Assembly (NCBI GenBank): GCA_964270895.1 | Contig: OZ185440.1 | DNA: 64,000 nt | Source of the DNA: Podarcis filfolensis | Taxonomy: Eukaryota | Strand: one strand, 5' to 3' | Part shown: piece by piece, positions 1 through 12,911 of the stretch | How the letters are laid out: every line of letters starts with the position of its first letter | Position numbering within the stretch: position 1 is the stretch's first letter | Made by a program: the position numbers and the translations under genes | The notes under the pieces: model-generated | The model's database searches: none | Told to the model about the DNA's origin: nothing | The model's input: the letters and a program-made list of their open reading frames with translations, nothing else

Positions 1-2477
1 ACACCAAAAGAAACACTGACCAAAAAATATATGAATATGATTTATGCCTATTTGTGTACCCATAGTGTCTCTACTTGGTGCTCTCCAGATATTTTTGACT
101 ACAATTCCCAGCATGGCCATGTTGGCCTGGGGTTGATGGGAATTGTAGCCCAAAGCACCTGGAGGGCAGCAGGTTGGGGAAAGCTCTAACCGCATCACAG
201 TAGTTAGAGTCCAGGCTGAAGGGGCACTGAAATCAGAATGTTAAATGACTTGATTCAGAGTTTCAAAGATGCCTGGATCACAGCAAGTTCTGCATGTCGT
301 CTGGGAATGGCCTGTTTTTACACTCACACCAAGGATAATATAGTATTCTGTAACCTTGTTATCACCTGAAGGAGCCAATAGCATGAACCAAGCCATATGG
401 TGGAGTGAGGTGTATATGCCAAAGCATGATTTGGAAAAGAAGTTGAATATGCAAACAGTATTTATCAGATAAAGTAGGGAAATTGAAGCCCGCACCCTGG
501 TTCATTAGGTTTGAAAAGATTACAATTGTTTCATATGGAACTCACTGCCAAGAGGATGCAATTGCTGTATTTAGAAGAGGACTACATAAAATGAAGGGCG
601 CCTAAGAGCCCCAAACCCTTAATGAATTGAAATTTCTCAACAATAATTAATGTCTCTGAACAGGCCCCAAGTGGTACCATTACAGTTTGCCGATCCCCAT
701 CCCTACCTGCACCCAAAAGCCACAATGTTGAAACAGAACTTATGGCTACAGAGGAACATGACTTTTGTTATGTTGGTAATTATGTAAATCTTGTCGTGTT
801 GTAAGCCTCCTTGAGCTTTGTTCTAACTACAAATAAAATGATGATGATGATGATGATGATCACAGAATGATTTTTTGAGGAGTGCCAAGGCCCATGGAGA
901 TAAGCATGTTTCTCCCTACCATCTTGCGCTGGGTCCAAGGGCAGATTCAAACACAGCTTTTCGTATCCAGATGGCTGTTCCATTTTGGAACCCCCATGCA
1001 AACCACACATAGTGATTATTTGTTGAGGCTTCTTTCTTGCTGGGTGCAGATGCAGCAGCATCCATGCACTGGGAATCGATAGCTAATTGCAGATTCCCAC
1101 AGTGTGTACAAATGGAAAAAATAGATTCCTATGTAAACATAATGTGGAACAGGCTTCTGCACACATATGGAAGTAATTTCTATGCAGGGTATCCGTAATG
1201 TTTGCTATTAATGGAATCTGGAATCTGGAAATGGGGAGAGATTTCTGTCTAGATGTGAAGAGAAAGCGCAGCTACCAACTAAGGGGAGAAGGTGCTTCTG
1301 CTGTTCCAAGCACTGAGGATATGATATTGTTGCTGGCCTGTTGGTGTGGAAGTTAAGTGCAAATACAAGCAGTTCCCTGTACACACACACACAGAGAGAG
1401 AGAGTTTAAAAAAATGAGAGGAAAACCACATACATAGCATATTGTGCCAACATTTCTATTTTTCTGGGAAATGCATTACATGCAGATATTGCTGCCAAGA
1501 GTATAATCAGCTAGTGTGTGTGTGTGTGTGTTTAAGTCATTTGTAACACAGAATCCCCCAGACCTTCACTTCTTTAGGCAGGTCTATTTTCCCATCAACA
1601 AGAATCTACAGCTAAAGCCAGCAAAAGTGAAAAGCCTTTTACTTTAGCTAATAGAAATTGAGTCAGCCCCTTAGGAACGATCTTTCTTCTCACACTATTT
1701 TCTGGGTTCTTTTTCCCCAGGAAGGAAAAACTTGGGGTGTGCCTTTCAGTCTCTTATTGGAAAGCCAGGATATCAAAGAGGAAAGTCACAGAACCCTTAC
1801 TCCAGTGTACCTGCCTCTTAACAAGTATGTCATGACCACACTCTGTGGTGGAGGTAACTGTTATGCAATGGTCTCATGAGAGAAAGCCAACATGATGCAC
1901 ACTGTAAAATGATCCTCAACTTTGCTTACAACTCACTGGGTTATGTCCTAGCAATTTCCACTACAGCTACAATATCTACTTCCCCCATATTAAAGAAAAG
2001 AGAACTCAAAATGACTCAGAAGATGTTACTGATTAGATCAACCATTTTAGTAAAGCATCAGATTACTATATCATGTTGAACTGTATTTGTGAAAGTTTTT
2101 GCATGTTTTTCTACTTACCTAAGAAATTAGAATATTGCAAAATTTACCATTATAAAGAATTCTGAACCATTATTCTCTCTCTCCCTCTCTCTTTCTCTCT
2201 CACACACTGTATATACACAACGGCAGTGATTCTCCAACATTTATGTTATCCTTTATCTACCAAGGAACCTCTACATGTCTGCCATGCCATGGGGTCCTCT
2301 TGAATTGCAGAATATTATGGGACATGTTCTGCAGTGCCCCCTCAATTCATGTGGTATGCTAAGTCAGGAATGTTGAGCTTCAGTTGCCATGTATGAATTG
2401 AGAATGCAATCCCAGACCAAATCCAGCTCTCCCCTGAAGTTGCACATTGCAGAGGGAGATTGGCTGCTGTCAGCCAC

Positions 2478-2545
2478 TCATAGAATTGTAGAGCTAGAAG
2501 GGTTCCCAAGGGTCATCTAGTCCAACCCCCTGCAATGCAAGAATA
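2478..2545 (-). mobile_element. CR1-type 3' tail (CR1 or CR1-tailed SINE fragment)
   Basis: CATAGAATTGTAGAGCTAGAAGGG...ATCTAGTCCAACCCCCTGC is the reverse complement of the CR1 3' end seen at 38920-38985. Confidence 0.6.
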
Positions 2546-5500
2546 TCCTAGTGGCCCTGATGCTTATTTAATAATTACATTTTTACCCCCCACCTTCCAG
2601 CCAAAACCTGAGCCTCAAAATGGCTCGCAGATATTAAAACCCTACACACACACACACACACACACACATGTATGTATGTACGTGTACACACACACACACA
2701 CACACAACACAAGACACAAATATCTAATAGTTATATTAAATAACTTTTCAGAAAATTGCATGTAGTGCTACTTGCCCAGTGTATGTAGATGGCCTCTATG
2801 ATGCCTGTCTCCCCATTTTCCCTTATAAAGCAGTGCAGCCAACAAAGGGGTTTCCCCCCCCCACACACGGAGATAATATAAATGGCATATAATAAGGAGG
2901 GGCAAACAATAAGGAAGACTGGAAAGGGTGGAGGGAGATGTACCAATACAGTTCATAATATTTCTACAAAGCAGAAAAATTAACACCAATATATCCAGCA
3001 ACACCTTACATTGCACAGCACCTCAAAGAAAAAGTATTTGGGACACTGCAAGCTGCTGTTTACAGCCCCAGTTTCCTGGAACACAATCTGAATGCTACGG
3101 CATCAATACAGCTGCATGAAAGTTGACGATCTTTCAAAATGCATTTGTGACAATCCTTTGGAGTACCTTGTTTTCAATTTTCTGCCACAGCTTTTGACTT
3201 AATGCTTAAGACGACAACACAGCTAACTATGTGTGTTTGTTTCCAAGATCCCTGCAGAAAAGGGCAGCTTCTCCTCTGTTGCAAAACTTGACTCTGCTAG
3301 ATCAGTTCTGGTTCCCATAAGTTTTTAGGGTATTGCTGCAACATTTATTTTTATGTTAACTATTCCCACTCTTTCAGATACTCAGGAGAGTTTCCAAAGC
3401 AGAGAAAGTGGTGGGTAGAATGCTGCACCAAAGAAGAAGAGTCTAGTCCTAATGAATGCACACAATCCCTAATTGTGTATAAATTGGTGCTTTGGACCAT
3501 AGCCATGCTTTATATGCCTTCTGTGGTGAAGACTCTTGCCTCCGAATGCTTTTGTGTTCATCTTTAAGGCACTCCAAGTCTCTGTTCCTTTTACTGCAAC
3601 AGACTAACATAGCCTTGCGATTCTGCCCTCTTTGTATCAACGGCCTGCACAAATGTACAATGGGATCATTTATGGAGTCTAAATTTCAGAGCATTGAGGA
3701 ATTGCAGCAATCTCTAAAATAGAGGAGACCCATTTAAGAGCTCACAATAAATATTGATAAAATGCAGCATTGCCCATTGGCAAAGTGACCTCAGTGGGCA
3801 TCACACGCTGTTGGGTTCTGTAACCACAGTGGAAGCACATGGCACAATAGCAGTCTCCGTTATGAAAGACAGAATAGCTCAGAGGGTGTCACATTAGACC
3901 AACGGCATTGATAGAAGTATCAAGTTTCTGATTTCCAAATAACTTTTCTTTCAACCTGCAAGCTTCTGGATGCAGCAGAATATATTTACCAATATATTAA
4001 GCCAGATGAACAGAATTCTAAGAACCACTCAGGATCTGAATTCTTTGTATTATTTCGGAGGTCTAAAAGATCAACATCAATGCAAAAAACATAGTGACAA
4101 ACAAAATGTGATGGGTGTTTAGGACACGGATATAAAATAATCTAACAAGTAATGTTTTTATACAAATCAATGTTACCTTCACCATCATTTGTAATTCTGA
4201 TCACCTTGTTTGGGGGAAAGAATACAACTGGAAGAGGTGCAGAGATAGATATTGATCAGGGATGTGGAGTCCTTTCTTATAGGAATAGACTAAAAAGGAC
4301 AGGACAGCTATGGGGAGAGGGACTAACATATAAAAAATAATGAATAGTAAAAGGAAAACCAGCTCTGGATTTTGCCTAATACCTTCTGATGCACTGAAAT
4401 CAAACAAGTTCAAAATGAGCAAAAAGGGAGGAAGTTTCCAAGGAACACAAGTTGATTTGTGGAACTCACTGTCACTGGAAGTGGCAATAGCCAACAGGGC
4501 CACTGGAACCAGCTTCCAGAGAACCATGAAACTACTTTCACAAGCCCAAAGGACTTGTAGTTTTTCTTTTCTTGAATAGATCCCCCCATGCCACTGGTTC
4601 TGAAACTGGAAGGCATTATAAAGGCAGTTTGGGACAGGCAGTGGGGGTGGGGTAGCAGTTTCAAGTAAAAAAATTCTCTTCTGTGTCATGACAAGCCTGA
4701 GAGACAGCTGCAGTTGGGATCCTGCCTCAGATCAGGATAAAGAAGTGCTACCTATTATCAGCCAATGTAGTGGCAAAACACAGGGGCAAGTGATGAATAC
4801 ATGGAGAAAAGGGAAGGAAAATAAAATAAGGTGGCTTATGGTAGCAAAGGGGCAAAAAGAAGAAGTAAAACCTAGTTGGAACAATGGGGTTTGAAACAGA
4901 AGCAATAAAGGAGCTTGGCTATGACAGCTGCATCTTCCCAGGGACTCTCTTGCCCATTTAGCATGCAAAAAATGACATTTCCCCCACTACTTTCTCCTTT
5001 CGCTGCAGGCACTGGGAGTAAGTTGACTCTCTTTAACCTCATTTTAACAAGTCTGGACACAAAAGTGCAGCAGCATCAGATTTCCTGGGAGAACCCCCTC
5101 CCCACAGCTGCTCATAATTAACTTGTGCCCTATCACTCCCCACTCCACCCACCGCCATCTGTACCCCAAGAGGGGTACCCAGCAACTGCAAACCCTATTA
5201 ATATCTTCTAGGGACCTCTGCCAGCACCCACAAGCTGGCAGTTATGAAAACCTGGCCACTCGCCCATCCTGCTTCATCTGCAGGGCAGTACAGAAAAGCG
5301 AGGAGCCAACCACAGGCGCACACACCCATCAACCTCCACCTCCAGACTCCTCTTCGGCTCCTCGAAACCAACCTCGAAACCAGGAAAGAGTTAACAAGAT
5401 GTGCTCTCCTGCACAGCAAGGAGACCCGACCGCGCACCTATGCATTATTGCACACCCCACCTGCCTATAGGAACAAGCGCAGAGAGGCACACAGAGCTGC

Positions 5501-5588
5501 CTCTCATTCAATGCACAGAGAAAGAGGTGAGCTCGCTTCCCAGTATCCGAAGAGGAAGAAGGGGTGAGAGCGGCAGGCGGCCCATTGC

Positions 5589-5609
5589 GTCGCTCTCCTT
5601 GGTGCTGAA
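5589..5609 (-). promoter_or_regulatory. RE1/NRSE (REST-binding) element
   Basis: Minus strand TTCAGCACCAAGGAGAGCGAC versus consensus TTCAGCACCACGGACAGCGCC; both half-sites and the canonical spacing are present. Confidence 0.8.
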
Positions 5610-5656
5610 ACAAGCCAAGCCGCGCAGTGCAAAGAAACAAGTAACGCCGGACTTAC

Positions 5657-5830
5657 CCAGGCTGGGAAGAGCAGCAGCAACCCAAAGGGAAGAGAAATGG
5701 CCCCAGTCCAGAGACCGCCTTGGCTCTCGAATCCACCGACGGCTGGGCTGTCTGGCCCCCAGGCTGTCCTCTTCAGCCCCCCACCCGTCTCCTCTTCGTA
5801 GAAGGAGAAAGAAGCCGGCAAGAAGCAAAG
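5657..5830 (-). other. Candidate 174-nt exon (5' UTR or coding, unresolved)
   Basis: On the minus strand: acceptor CTCCCCCCCATCTCCCCGCCCCCAG| (CAG at 5831-5833) with a CTGAT branch-like motif upstream; donor CCTGG|GTAAGT (GTAAGT at 5651-5656). Two frames are open across it but it contains no ATG. Confidence 0.6.
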
Positions 5831-5897
5831 CTGGGGGCGGGGAGATGGGGGGGAGGAATCAGGTAAATGATGAGGCGGGGGGAGTCAGACGACTCAC

Positions 5898-6054
5898 GCG
5901 GCCGGTGGCAAATCTCCTCCAAGCCCCCTGCTTGCCTCCTATTTCCCTCTCAGTCTACTTGTGTTGAGGCAAGAGCCGTAGCGCAGCTGAAAGGTTCCCC
6001 AGCGCTCTCCTCCTCGCTCGCTCGCTCGCTCTCTTCAATTTCAGCAGCGTGGAG

Positions 6055-6058
<4 letters not shown>
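5898..6058 (-). other. Candidate upstream non-coding first exon (5' boundary unknown)
   Basis: Minus-strand donor CGC|GTGAGT at 5892-5897; no ATG; GA-rich leader. It would imply a very short 67-nt intron, which lowers confidence. Confidence 0.3.

Positions 6059-6108
<50 letters not shown>
6059..6108 (+). repeat. (CT)25 microsatellite
   Basis: Direct reading. Confidence 0.95.
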
Positions 6109-6112
<4 letters not shown>

Positions 6113-6140
6113 CCTCCCTCTCTCTCCATCAGCTTGCAAG

Positions 6141-6157
6141 GAGCCACCTAGTGGCCA
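6141..6157 (-). promoter_or_regulatory. CTCF-like motif
   Basis: Minus strand TGGCCACTAGGTGGCTC versus CTCF core TGGCCACCAGGGGGCGC. Confidence 0.55.
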
Positions 6158-6187
6158 AATGGAGACGCAGCCCAAATCCTAACAACA

Positions 6188-6188
<1 letters not shown>

Positions 6189-6234
<46 letters not shown>
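6189..6234 (+). repeat. (CA)23 microsatellite
   Basis: Direct reading. Confidence 0.95.
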
Positions 6235-6236
<2 letters not shown>

Positions 6237-7807
6237 GGTCCACTCTATTCGAAGCATTTTTTTTAAAAGCCTCCTTTATGGCAACTTTAGATGCTGTTTT
6301 GCAAAGTCCCCAGGAGTGGGTGGGGGTTCAATACACTTTTGCCACTTTTCCCATTGACAGGTTTGATCCACCCAATGACATCTCATTTTTCTCAAGGATA
6401 GGAAAGCATCAGTCATATTGTGCCAGTCACTCCAATCAGGACAAACTCAGAGCCTCTAGTTCCAACTTGCAGGTTTTCACTGCCTATCAGATCTGTAGAT
6501 TTTACACATTCAGTTTACACATTCAGCTTTACCAGAGGTGGGGTGGGGAGCGGGGGGGTGGAGTGGATGCTTGAATACTTCTAGCAAACAACACAGCTTC
6601 TGTGCAGTGCCCAGCTTCTGTACAGTCAAGAATAGGGTTAAGCCTGCTTGAGCATAGCCAAGGGGGCAGGGGGGGCAGCTGCCTCCCCATCAAGCAAAAC
6701 AATAGAAATATTTAACTAACTGACCAGTAACATTGGTTCTGCCCCCACTAACAAAATCTTAACCCCCCCATGAGCCAAGGTGTGGGAGAAGAAATACATA
6801 TTAATTGTCTAATATATTACATTATTGGAAGCAACAGCAGATCTCGTTGTTACTGAACCAGTGAGCAAATCTGATCTGGATGTTATTATGTTGGTACACC
6901 AAGCCTTTCTCTCCTTTAGCCAGTGACATCCTACAGGCAGCTGGGAACAGCAAGTGCAGAGAGGGCTGTTGCACTCAGGTCCTGCTTGTGAGCATCTCAA
7001 CAGCAAATTTTTGGCCACGGTGAGAGCAGAATGCTGGGCCAGATCTCTCTCTCTCTGTGAATGCACATGCTCACATTCTTGAAACGTTGCTACCATATGT
7101 AACAATTAATTGCCAGCATTCTGTACACTGTTTGGCTATCCATTTACCTTCCTCCTTGGACCTGTAGGTGGAAGTTGTGATCCAAAACATCTGCCACTCT
7201 GATGGGAGTTGTAACTGAAAACATTTGGAGAGCACTAGGTTGGGTTTTCCCCCTTTCATCATAACGGCAGTGCAGTGCAGTGCAGTACATCATGCTCAGA
7301 GGCAGTGCCTTGCTAAAGGTTATCAAGCGAGCTTCATAAAGACTAAATGGGACCTGCCCTGTTGGAGCAGACCAAAGGACCATCTAGCCCCTGATTCTGT
7401 TTCCAGCAGAAGTCAGCCTCTAGAAAGACCACTAGTAGGGCATGAGGGCCACAGCGTCCTCCTCTGATGTAACAGAGGAGGAGGCAGCTAGGTTAAACTC
7501 AACTCTGACATTTATTTTTGTATGTGCAGGGAACTATTTGTCTTTTAATACCGAAGGACGTTCAGTTGTGTGAGTCTCCTCCCTGCTCCCTGCAGTCTAA
7601 GGTGAAGCAGCCCAGAAATAGGTTTACTGACTTGCCTGCTGTTTGGAAGAACTAGGCAAAAGTAAATTGGAATGTGGAGTACGGTTGTGGAAGGACACAG
7701 CTTCCAGGAGTCCTTCCAGTGCAGACCCTTCATCCACTGCCATCACCCATTCACAAGTTATGTTATTATACTAAGGATATAGTACTTTCGCAGAAGAAAG
7801 CACAATA

Positions 7808-8046
7808 CAGTGGTACCTCGGGTTAAGAACTTAATTCGTTCCGGAGGTCCGTACTCAACCTGAAACCGTTCTTAACCTGAAGCACCACTTTAGCTAATGG
7901 GGCCTCCTGCTGCCGCTGCGCCGCTGCACGATTTCTGTTCTCATCCTGAAACAAAGTTCTTAACCCGAGGTACTATTTCTGGGTTAGCGGAGTCTGTAAC
8001 CTGAAGCATATGTAACCTGAAGCATCTGAAATCCGAGGTACCACTG
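7808..8046. mobile_element. Tc1/mariner (Tigger-like) MITE
   Basis: TIRs CAGTGGTACCTCGG ... CCGAGGTACCACTG flanked by a TA duplication (7806-7807, 8047-8048); internal AACCTGAAGCA repeats. Confidence 0.9.
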
Positions 8047-8114
8047 TAAATTTAGCTTCTGCACAGGCACCTCTGAAGTGTCCAAAACACTCCCCACATG
8101 CGTTATCTTGGGAT

Positions 8115-8292
8115 TGCTCTTTACAACAACCCAACAAGATAGGTCAGATTTAATAATTCCATTAAACGGGTAAAATTGGGCTGAGGCTGAGAATCGTTGC
8201 TTAAGGAAACATAATGAGTTCATGGCAGAGATGTGATTCAAACCCATGATTTCCTGAGCTGTAGGCAAGTCTCTTACCCATGATGCTACTCT
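8115..8292 (-). mobile_element. Old MIR/CORE-type SINE
   Basis: TTTACAACAACCC...CTGAGGCTGAGA...ATTCAAACCC pattern of a reverse-oriented MIR-like core and tRNA head. Confidence 0.55.
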
Positions 8293-8997
8293 AGCATTCC
8301 TCTGGATAAGGCACCCACTTCCTCATAAAAGTAGCTTAATTTACCGTGGGCCATTTGGCAATGGTGTCCAGCTGCGAATCATCTGCTGCGTATTTTCACA
8401 CCTCATTGCAAGAGAAAATTCTCTGCAATGCTCCCCATGTACACAACCCTGGAGGGGTCCATACACAGCACTGTAAACAAAACAGCAGCAAGCTGACACT
8501 TGAAGCAATTAGAAAAATCATGTTGGAGGCATTGGTGAGATGAGACTGCTTGGGGTCTCCTGGAACCAGCTGAACTAAGAAGTGAACGTCTTGGGAAAAC
8601 ACGGGAGCACCAAATCCCCAATAGTTATCCACTTTTGGGGTAGTTTTCTGCCAACTCTGCAACTGGATGGCCCAACTGCTAGCTGGCAGATCTCCTTCTT
8701 GGAAGATTACAAAGACAAATATTTGCTCCCCTGATATGTCAGTGATCAGCTTTCCTTTTTGCAGTCTTGGCATGTATCCTGCCTTGCAAGTGCAACATCC
8801 AACTCCATTAGGCAGCAGTGCAACTAACTACAGCCGTAGCACAGGATACAGGTGACGCAGGGATCCCAAGTGTGGTGTCCCCACCAGTACCTTGTGCGGT
8901 ACCCGCAAAAGGTCTTAGTAAAAACCCCTTCAAAAATTCACAGTACACAAGAGACTGTTTGCTCCGCTGTTTGTACTGGCTCAGCATCTCCTATGTC

Positions 8998-9127
8998 TAG
9001 GGCTTTTTTCCAGAGGGAACTCGCGGGAACTCAGTTCCTGCACCTCTCAGATGGGTTCTATTCTAAGAGAATGAGGGAGGTGTTCATGGTGAGTTAAGGC
9101 ACCTTTTTTTCTAGAAAAATAGCAATG
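8998..9127. mobile_element. Short hAT-like MITE (degenerate)
   Basis: Imperfect TIRs TAGGGCTTTTTTCCAG ... CTAGAAAAATAGCAATG; no clear TSD. Confidence 0.45.
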
Positions 9128-10213
9128 TTGAATATGTCCCCTTAAAGATGCCCACACTTCATGGGATGCCAGAACTGGACGTTCTCCCTCTTCCTTCAAG
9201 TGGAGAAGATGTGCTTCTCTCCATGAGTGAACATGGCACTGGCTGATGTCAGTGGAGAAGTAGAATTGGTTGATGAGAGCTTTTGATGCAAAACATGCAA
9301 TTTAAACAAAGAAAAAAGTTCATTCGGATGTAATATCAAGTATGTAAGTAAATAAACATGCAAAACATGATGGTTGCTGTTTTTTTAAAATGGCTTCTAC
9401 CTTGTTTTTCCTTTCAAAGGAAAGCCCCAAACAGCTAACAATGACACCCACTCAAATAACATACAAAAATTCTGATTTTGCTGGGCATGGTCATTATCAT
9501 CAATTCATAATCAGCATTTTATTTGTATGCTGTCTTTCCATATTTACAGCCATGTTCTATTCTTATTGCTTAAGGGCAATAAGAATACCCTTAAGAATCA
9601 CCTAGATGCTAAAGATTTTGTCCAATTTTAAATGTAACTCATTGACTGGATCAAAACTAAGGCTATGCCAGAAGTTCTCAAAATTGGTATTTTGCATTGA
9701 AAGGGGGGCCTGCATTTTGGAGATACGAAGTGTTCCTTCCAATGCCACCCTTCCCACTTTCAGCTCTGTTCAGTCCAACTCCATTGGTACTCCTGAGCCA
9801 TTTTTACTTTTAACCTGCCCCTTCCTCATTCTGGCTATGCTAATCAGAGATCACATAGTGCGATGAAGTGATGATGTTATACAGACCATCAGGTTTGATT
9901 TGGCTGCATGATTGCCTCACAGAGTCAAACCAGAGCGAAGGCAATGCACCGCTGTTGCTTTTAAAAGGCAGGAATCAGCCCAAAGACACTATGCAGTGTG
10001 TTAAAGCTAAACCATTGCTTTAAGTATCTTTTTGTTGCTGCTGGTCTAATCTGTTTGCAAATTTAATTGACTAGTAAGTGCAATCCTTATGAAGTTTCGA
10101 TTGCTCGTGTAAAATTTAGTTGTTTGTTAAATTGAATATTGAATGGGGGAACAGATCATAGCCTAGTCGTTGATCACATACATTGCCTGCAGAGGGTCTC
10201 AAGTCTGCTCTCT

Positions 10214-10262
<49 letters not shown>

Positions 10263-12557
10263 AAAAGCATCTCAGGGAGCAAGCCTAAGAAAATCCTTGG
10301 AGCTACACTAGAAGACAAGCAGAAATAAGCAAATACCAGCAGGCAGCTCAGTAGCCCAATTCTCTGCCTACAACTTTTGCGGATTCTGAAGGCTTCCCCA
10401 GACACAGGCAAAAAAGAGGGAGTGTTGTAGCAGATGGAGGTGGAAGAGTTCTGAGAAGGCAGAAGGCTGTAGCACTGCGCATGTGGAATCACATGTATGC
10501 ATTAAAAACAACACTTTGGAAATGGAACACTAGCATGACTGTGAGCAGGGTGGGCTAGAACCTAACTAACATGCTAGCTCCACCCACCCACCCTGGTTTT
10601 CCTGGGAGGGAGTATTCAATAAATGTATTAAAGTCCCCCTCCTCAGCTGTCAATCTAACATCTCAGGAGTCTCCCACTCGTGCTAATGAATGTGTAAGGC
10701 TCTTGGAGCCTGACTTGCAAACAGTTACTTTCCACGTGATGAATGCAAGCAGATTGCCAATGTCCTAGCTGCAAACGCCTTGATCTTTTCACTATGTGTC
10801 TCTTTTCACTATTCAGAGTGGGAAGAGCCAAGACATAGCTGTGCCTTAGATGACAGGTGGAAATACATATAGCTTTGGGGGGAGGTGTGGGGGGCGGAGA
10901 GTGTTGGGGAGAACTGTTGCTTGGTTCTGAGTTGGTAACATAATCAATATTATTAGCTCTATTCGCAATGGCCTGCTCTATGATTCCCTTCTGCTTTTTA
11001 AATATATATATTGTCGAACAATGCACTCGCCATTTCCTGCCTTCCTGAAAAACTGTATTTTTAAAGCAAACCACCAGGAGACAGTCACACTTTGTCAAGG
11101 CAGTAGATCAACCCTTGGCAATGGCAGCTCTACTCTCAGCTGACAGGAGACTCTCCAGGCTTCAGCTGGGGACAAAATTGGGTCTAACTGGATGATCAGA
11201 GTGAAGCATTTCAAGGAGCTTCCTAATGACACTCCTGCACAGAGAACCTTCTGTGTCGAGCTAATACAGGCCCCGATAAAGACACAGCTTGCTCCTGAGC
11301 CAAGAGCCAAGCAGCTGAGTAGGCAGCCCAGTGGAGGAGTGCCATTCCAGTCACACAATTGCATGCGCTGTGCTCATTAGCCAAGTGAATACATTGAGAC
11401 TTGGCACCTCCTGTTGCTAACGCACAGGCTGCCTGCCAGCGAGTGAGTCAAAGGAATGGATCTATTCATTCTACTGGCACAGAGGGGGTAATCTGAGCCA
11501 ACTTGTGTGCAGAGACAGGAACGCTTGCACATACAGGGCGCACGAAGATGCCTCTTCAGCACACAACACAAGGCACTCCTCACCCTTAAAGGGGTTCTGT
11601 GCACCCTTGGGACAACCCATGGCAATGTCACAAAGGCAGGGAGTGGGGGAATGGGGAGCAACACCAGGTAACCAAACCAGGGCTTGTGTTTTAGGGACTG
11701 AGCTAGCAACCCCAAAATGAAAGAGCAACAGGCCTACCACACTGCCCATGAAGGTAATTTCTCTCTTTTCCTTTCCCTTGCCGTCTTCCCTTTTTATATC
11801 TCTAAGTTTCTTAGAGGTGTCTTTTTAAAAGCCCCCAAAATGGTCCTCAATGCAGCTAATAACAATCAAATGCAAAAACTGGTTCAAACTCTTTGAATCA
11901 ATAAAAGCAGCTTGGCCATTGTTCAGTCTCATGTTAATGCATGCAGCTTTAATATGCCCATTATTTACTGTTGAGCTGGAGCTTGAAACAAAGAAATAAA
12001 AACCAAGTCAGGTGGCAAAGTAATTTAAAAAAATAAAATAAAAATCACACACAACTAATCTGCTTATGTTGGTTTAAAACGACCCAGCTGGCAACTAACT
12101 ATAAGCAAATCTTGGAGCGGAGAAAAATCCTCTCTCCTCTGCAAATGGCTTTTTGGCACAAGAAGACAATCAAGCCATTGTTAGAGATGCCAGTTTCATC
12201 CCTGGGACCAGAGTTGCTATGCCTTTAATAGCCAGGTAGAGGAAGAATTTTGGAAGGTGCTGCTTCTCCCATTCCTCCTGTATTATCGTGGCAGAAGTAG
12301 CTCTTGGAGGAATTCTCCCTCTCAACCACAATCTCAGCTTTAAGAACCCTGTATCATTTTTAATATGCCAGCCCTGGACATCTAGACTATGATCTAACTT
12401 GAGTGAACTTTACGGGGGGGTGAGCAGCTGCACTTGCAGGAGGGGCAGGTGCCCTCACTGAACAGTGGCTGGGATCTCAGCTTTGCCATCATCACCCAAA
12501 AGAAAGGAATAAGGAAGAGGGGGTCAATGTATTGAAAAGCTTTTAACATAAAAATAG

Positions 12558-12911
12558 GTAAAAGGTAAAGGGATCCCTGACCATTAGGTCCAGTTGTGAC
12601 TGACTCTGGGGTTGCGGCGCTCATCTTGCTTTACTGGCCGAGGGAGCCGACGTACAGCTTCCAGGTCATGTGGCCAGCATGACTAAGCTGCTTCTGGTGA
12701 ACCAGAGAAGTGCACGGAAATGCCATTTACCTCCCCCCCGGAGTGGTACCTATTTATCTACTTGCACTTTGGCGTGCTTTCAAAGTGCTAGGTTGGCAGG
12801 AGCAGAGACTGAGCAATGGGAGCTCACCCCGTCACGGGGATTCGAACTGCCAACTTTCTGATCGGCAAGTCCTAGGCTCTGTGGTTTAACCCACAGCACC
12901 ACCCGTGTCCC
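12558..12911 (-). mobile_element. Sauria SINE (subtype with ...GGTCAGGGATCCCTTTACC tail)
   Basis: tRNA-like head GGGACACGGGTGG..., Bov-B-related 3' end, (ACCTTT)n tail; 13-bp TSD AACATAAAAATAG / AACATAAATATAG with one mismatch. Confidence 0.92.

Larger units (their letters stand above)
5540..6060 (-). promoter_or_regulatory. CpG-rich promoter/5' end region of an unidentified minus-strand gene, probably neuronal
   Basis: Local CpG/GC enrichment in a CpG-poor window; minus-strand splice signals; RE1 and CTCF-like motifs; GA-rich leader (GAGCGAGCGAGCGAGGAGGAG) typical of 5' UTRs. Confidence 0.7.

Noticed and set aside
5657-5720. Resemblance of GAISLPFGLLLLFPAW to signal peptides such as glypican-6
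   Set aside because: No in-frame ATG and no matching downstream sequence; the similarity is too generic to assign a gene symbol.
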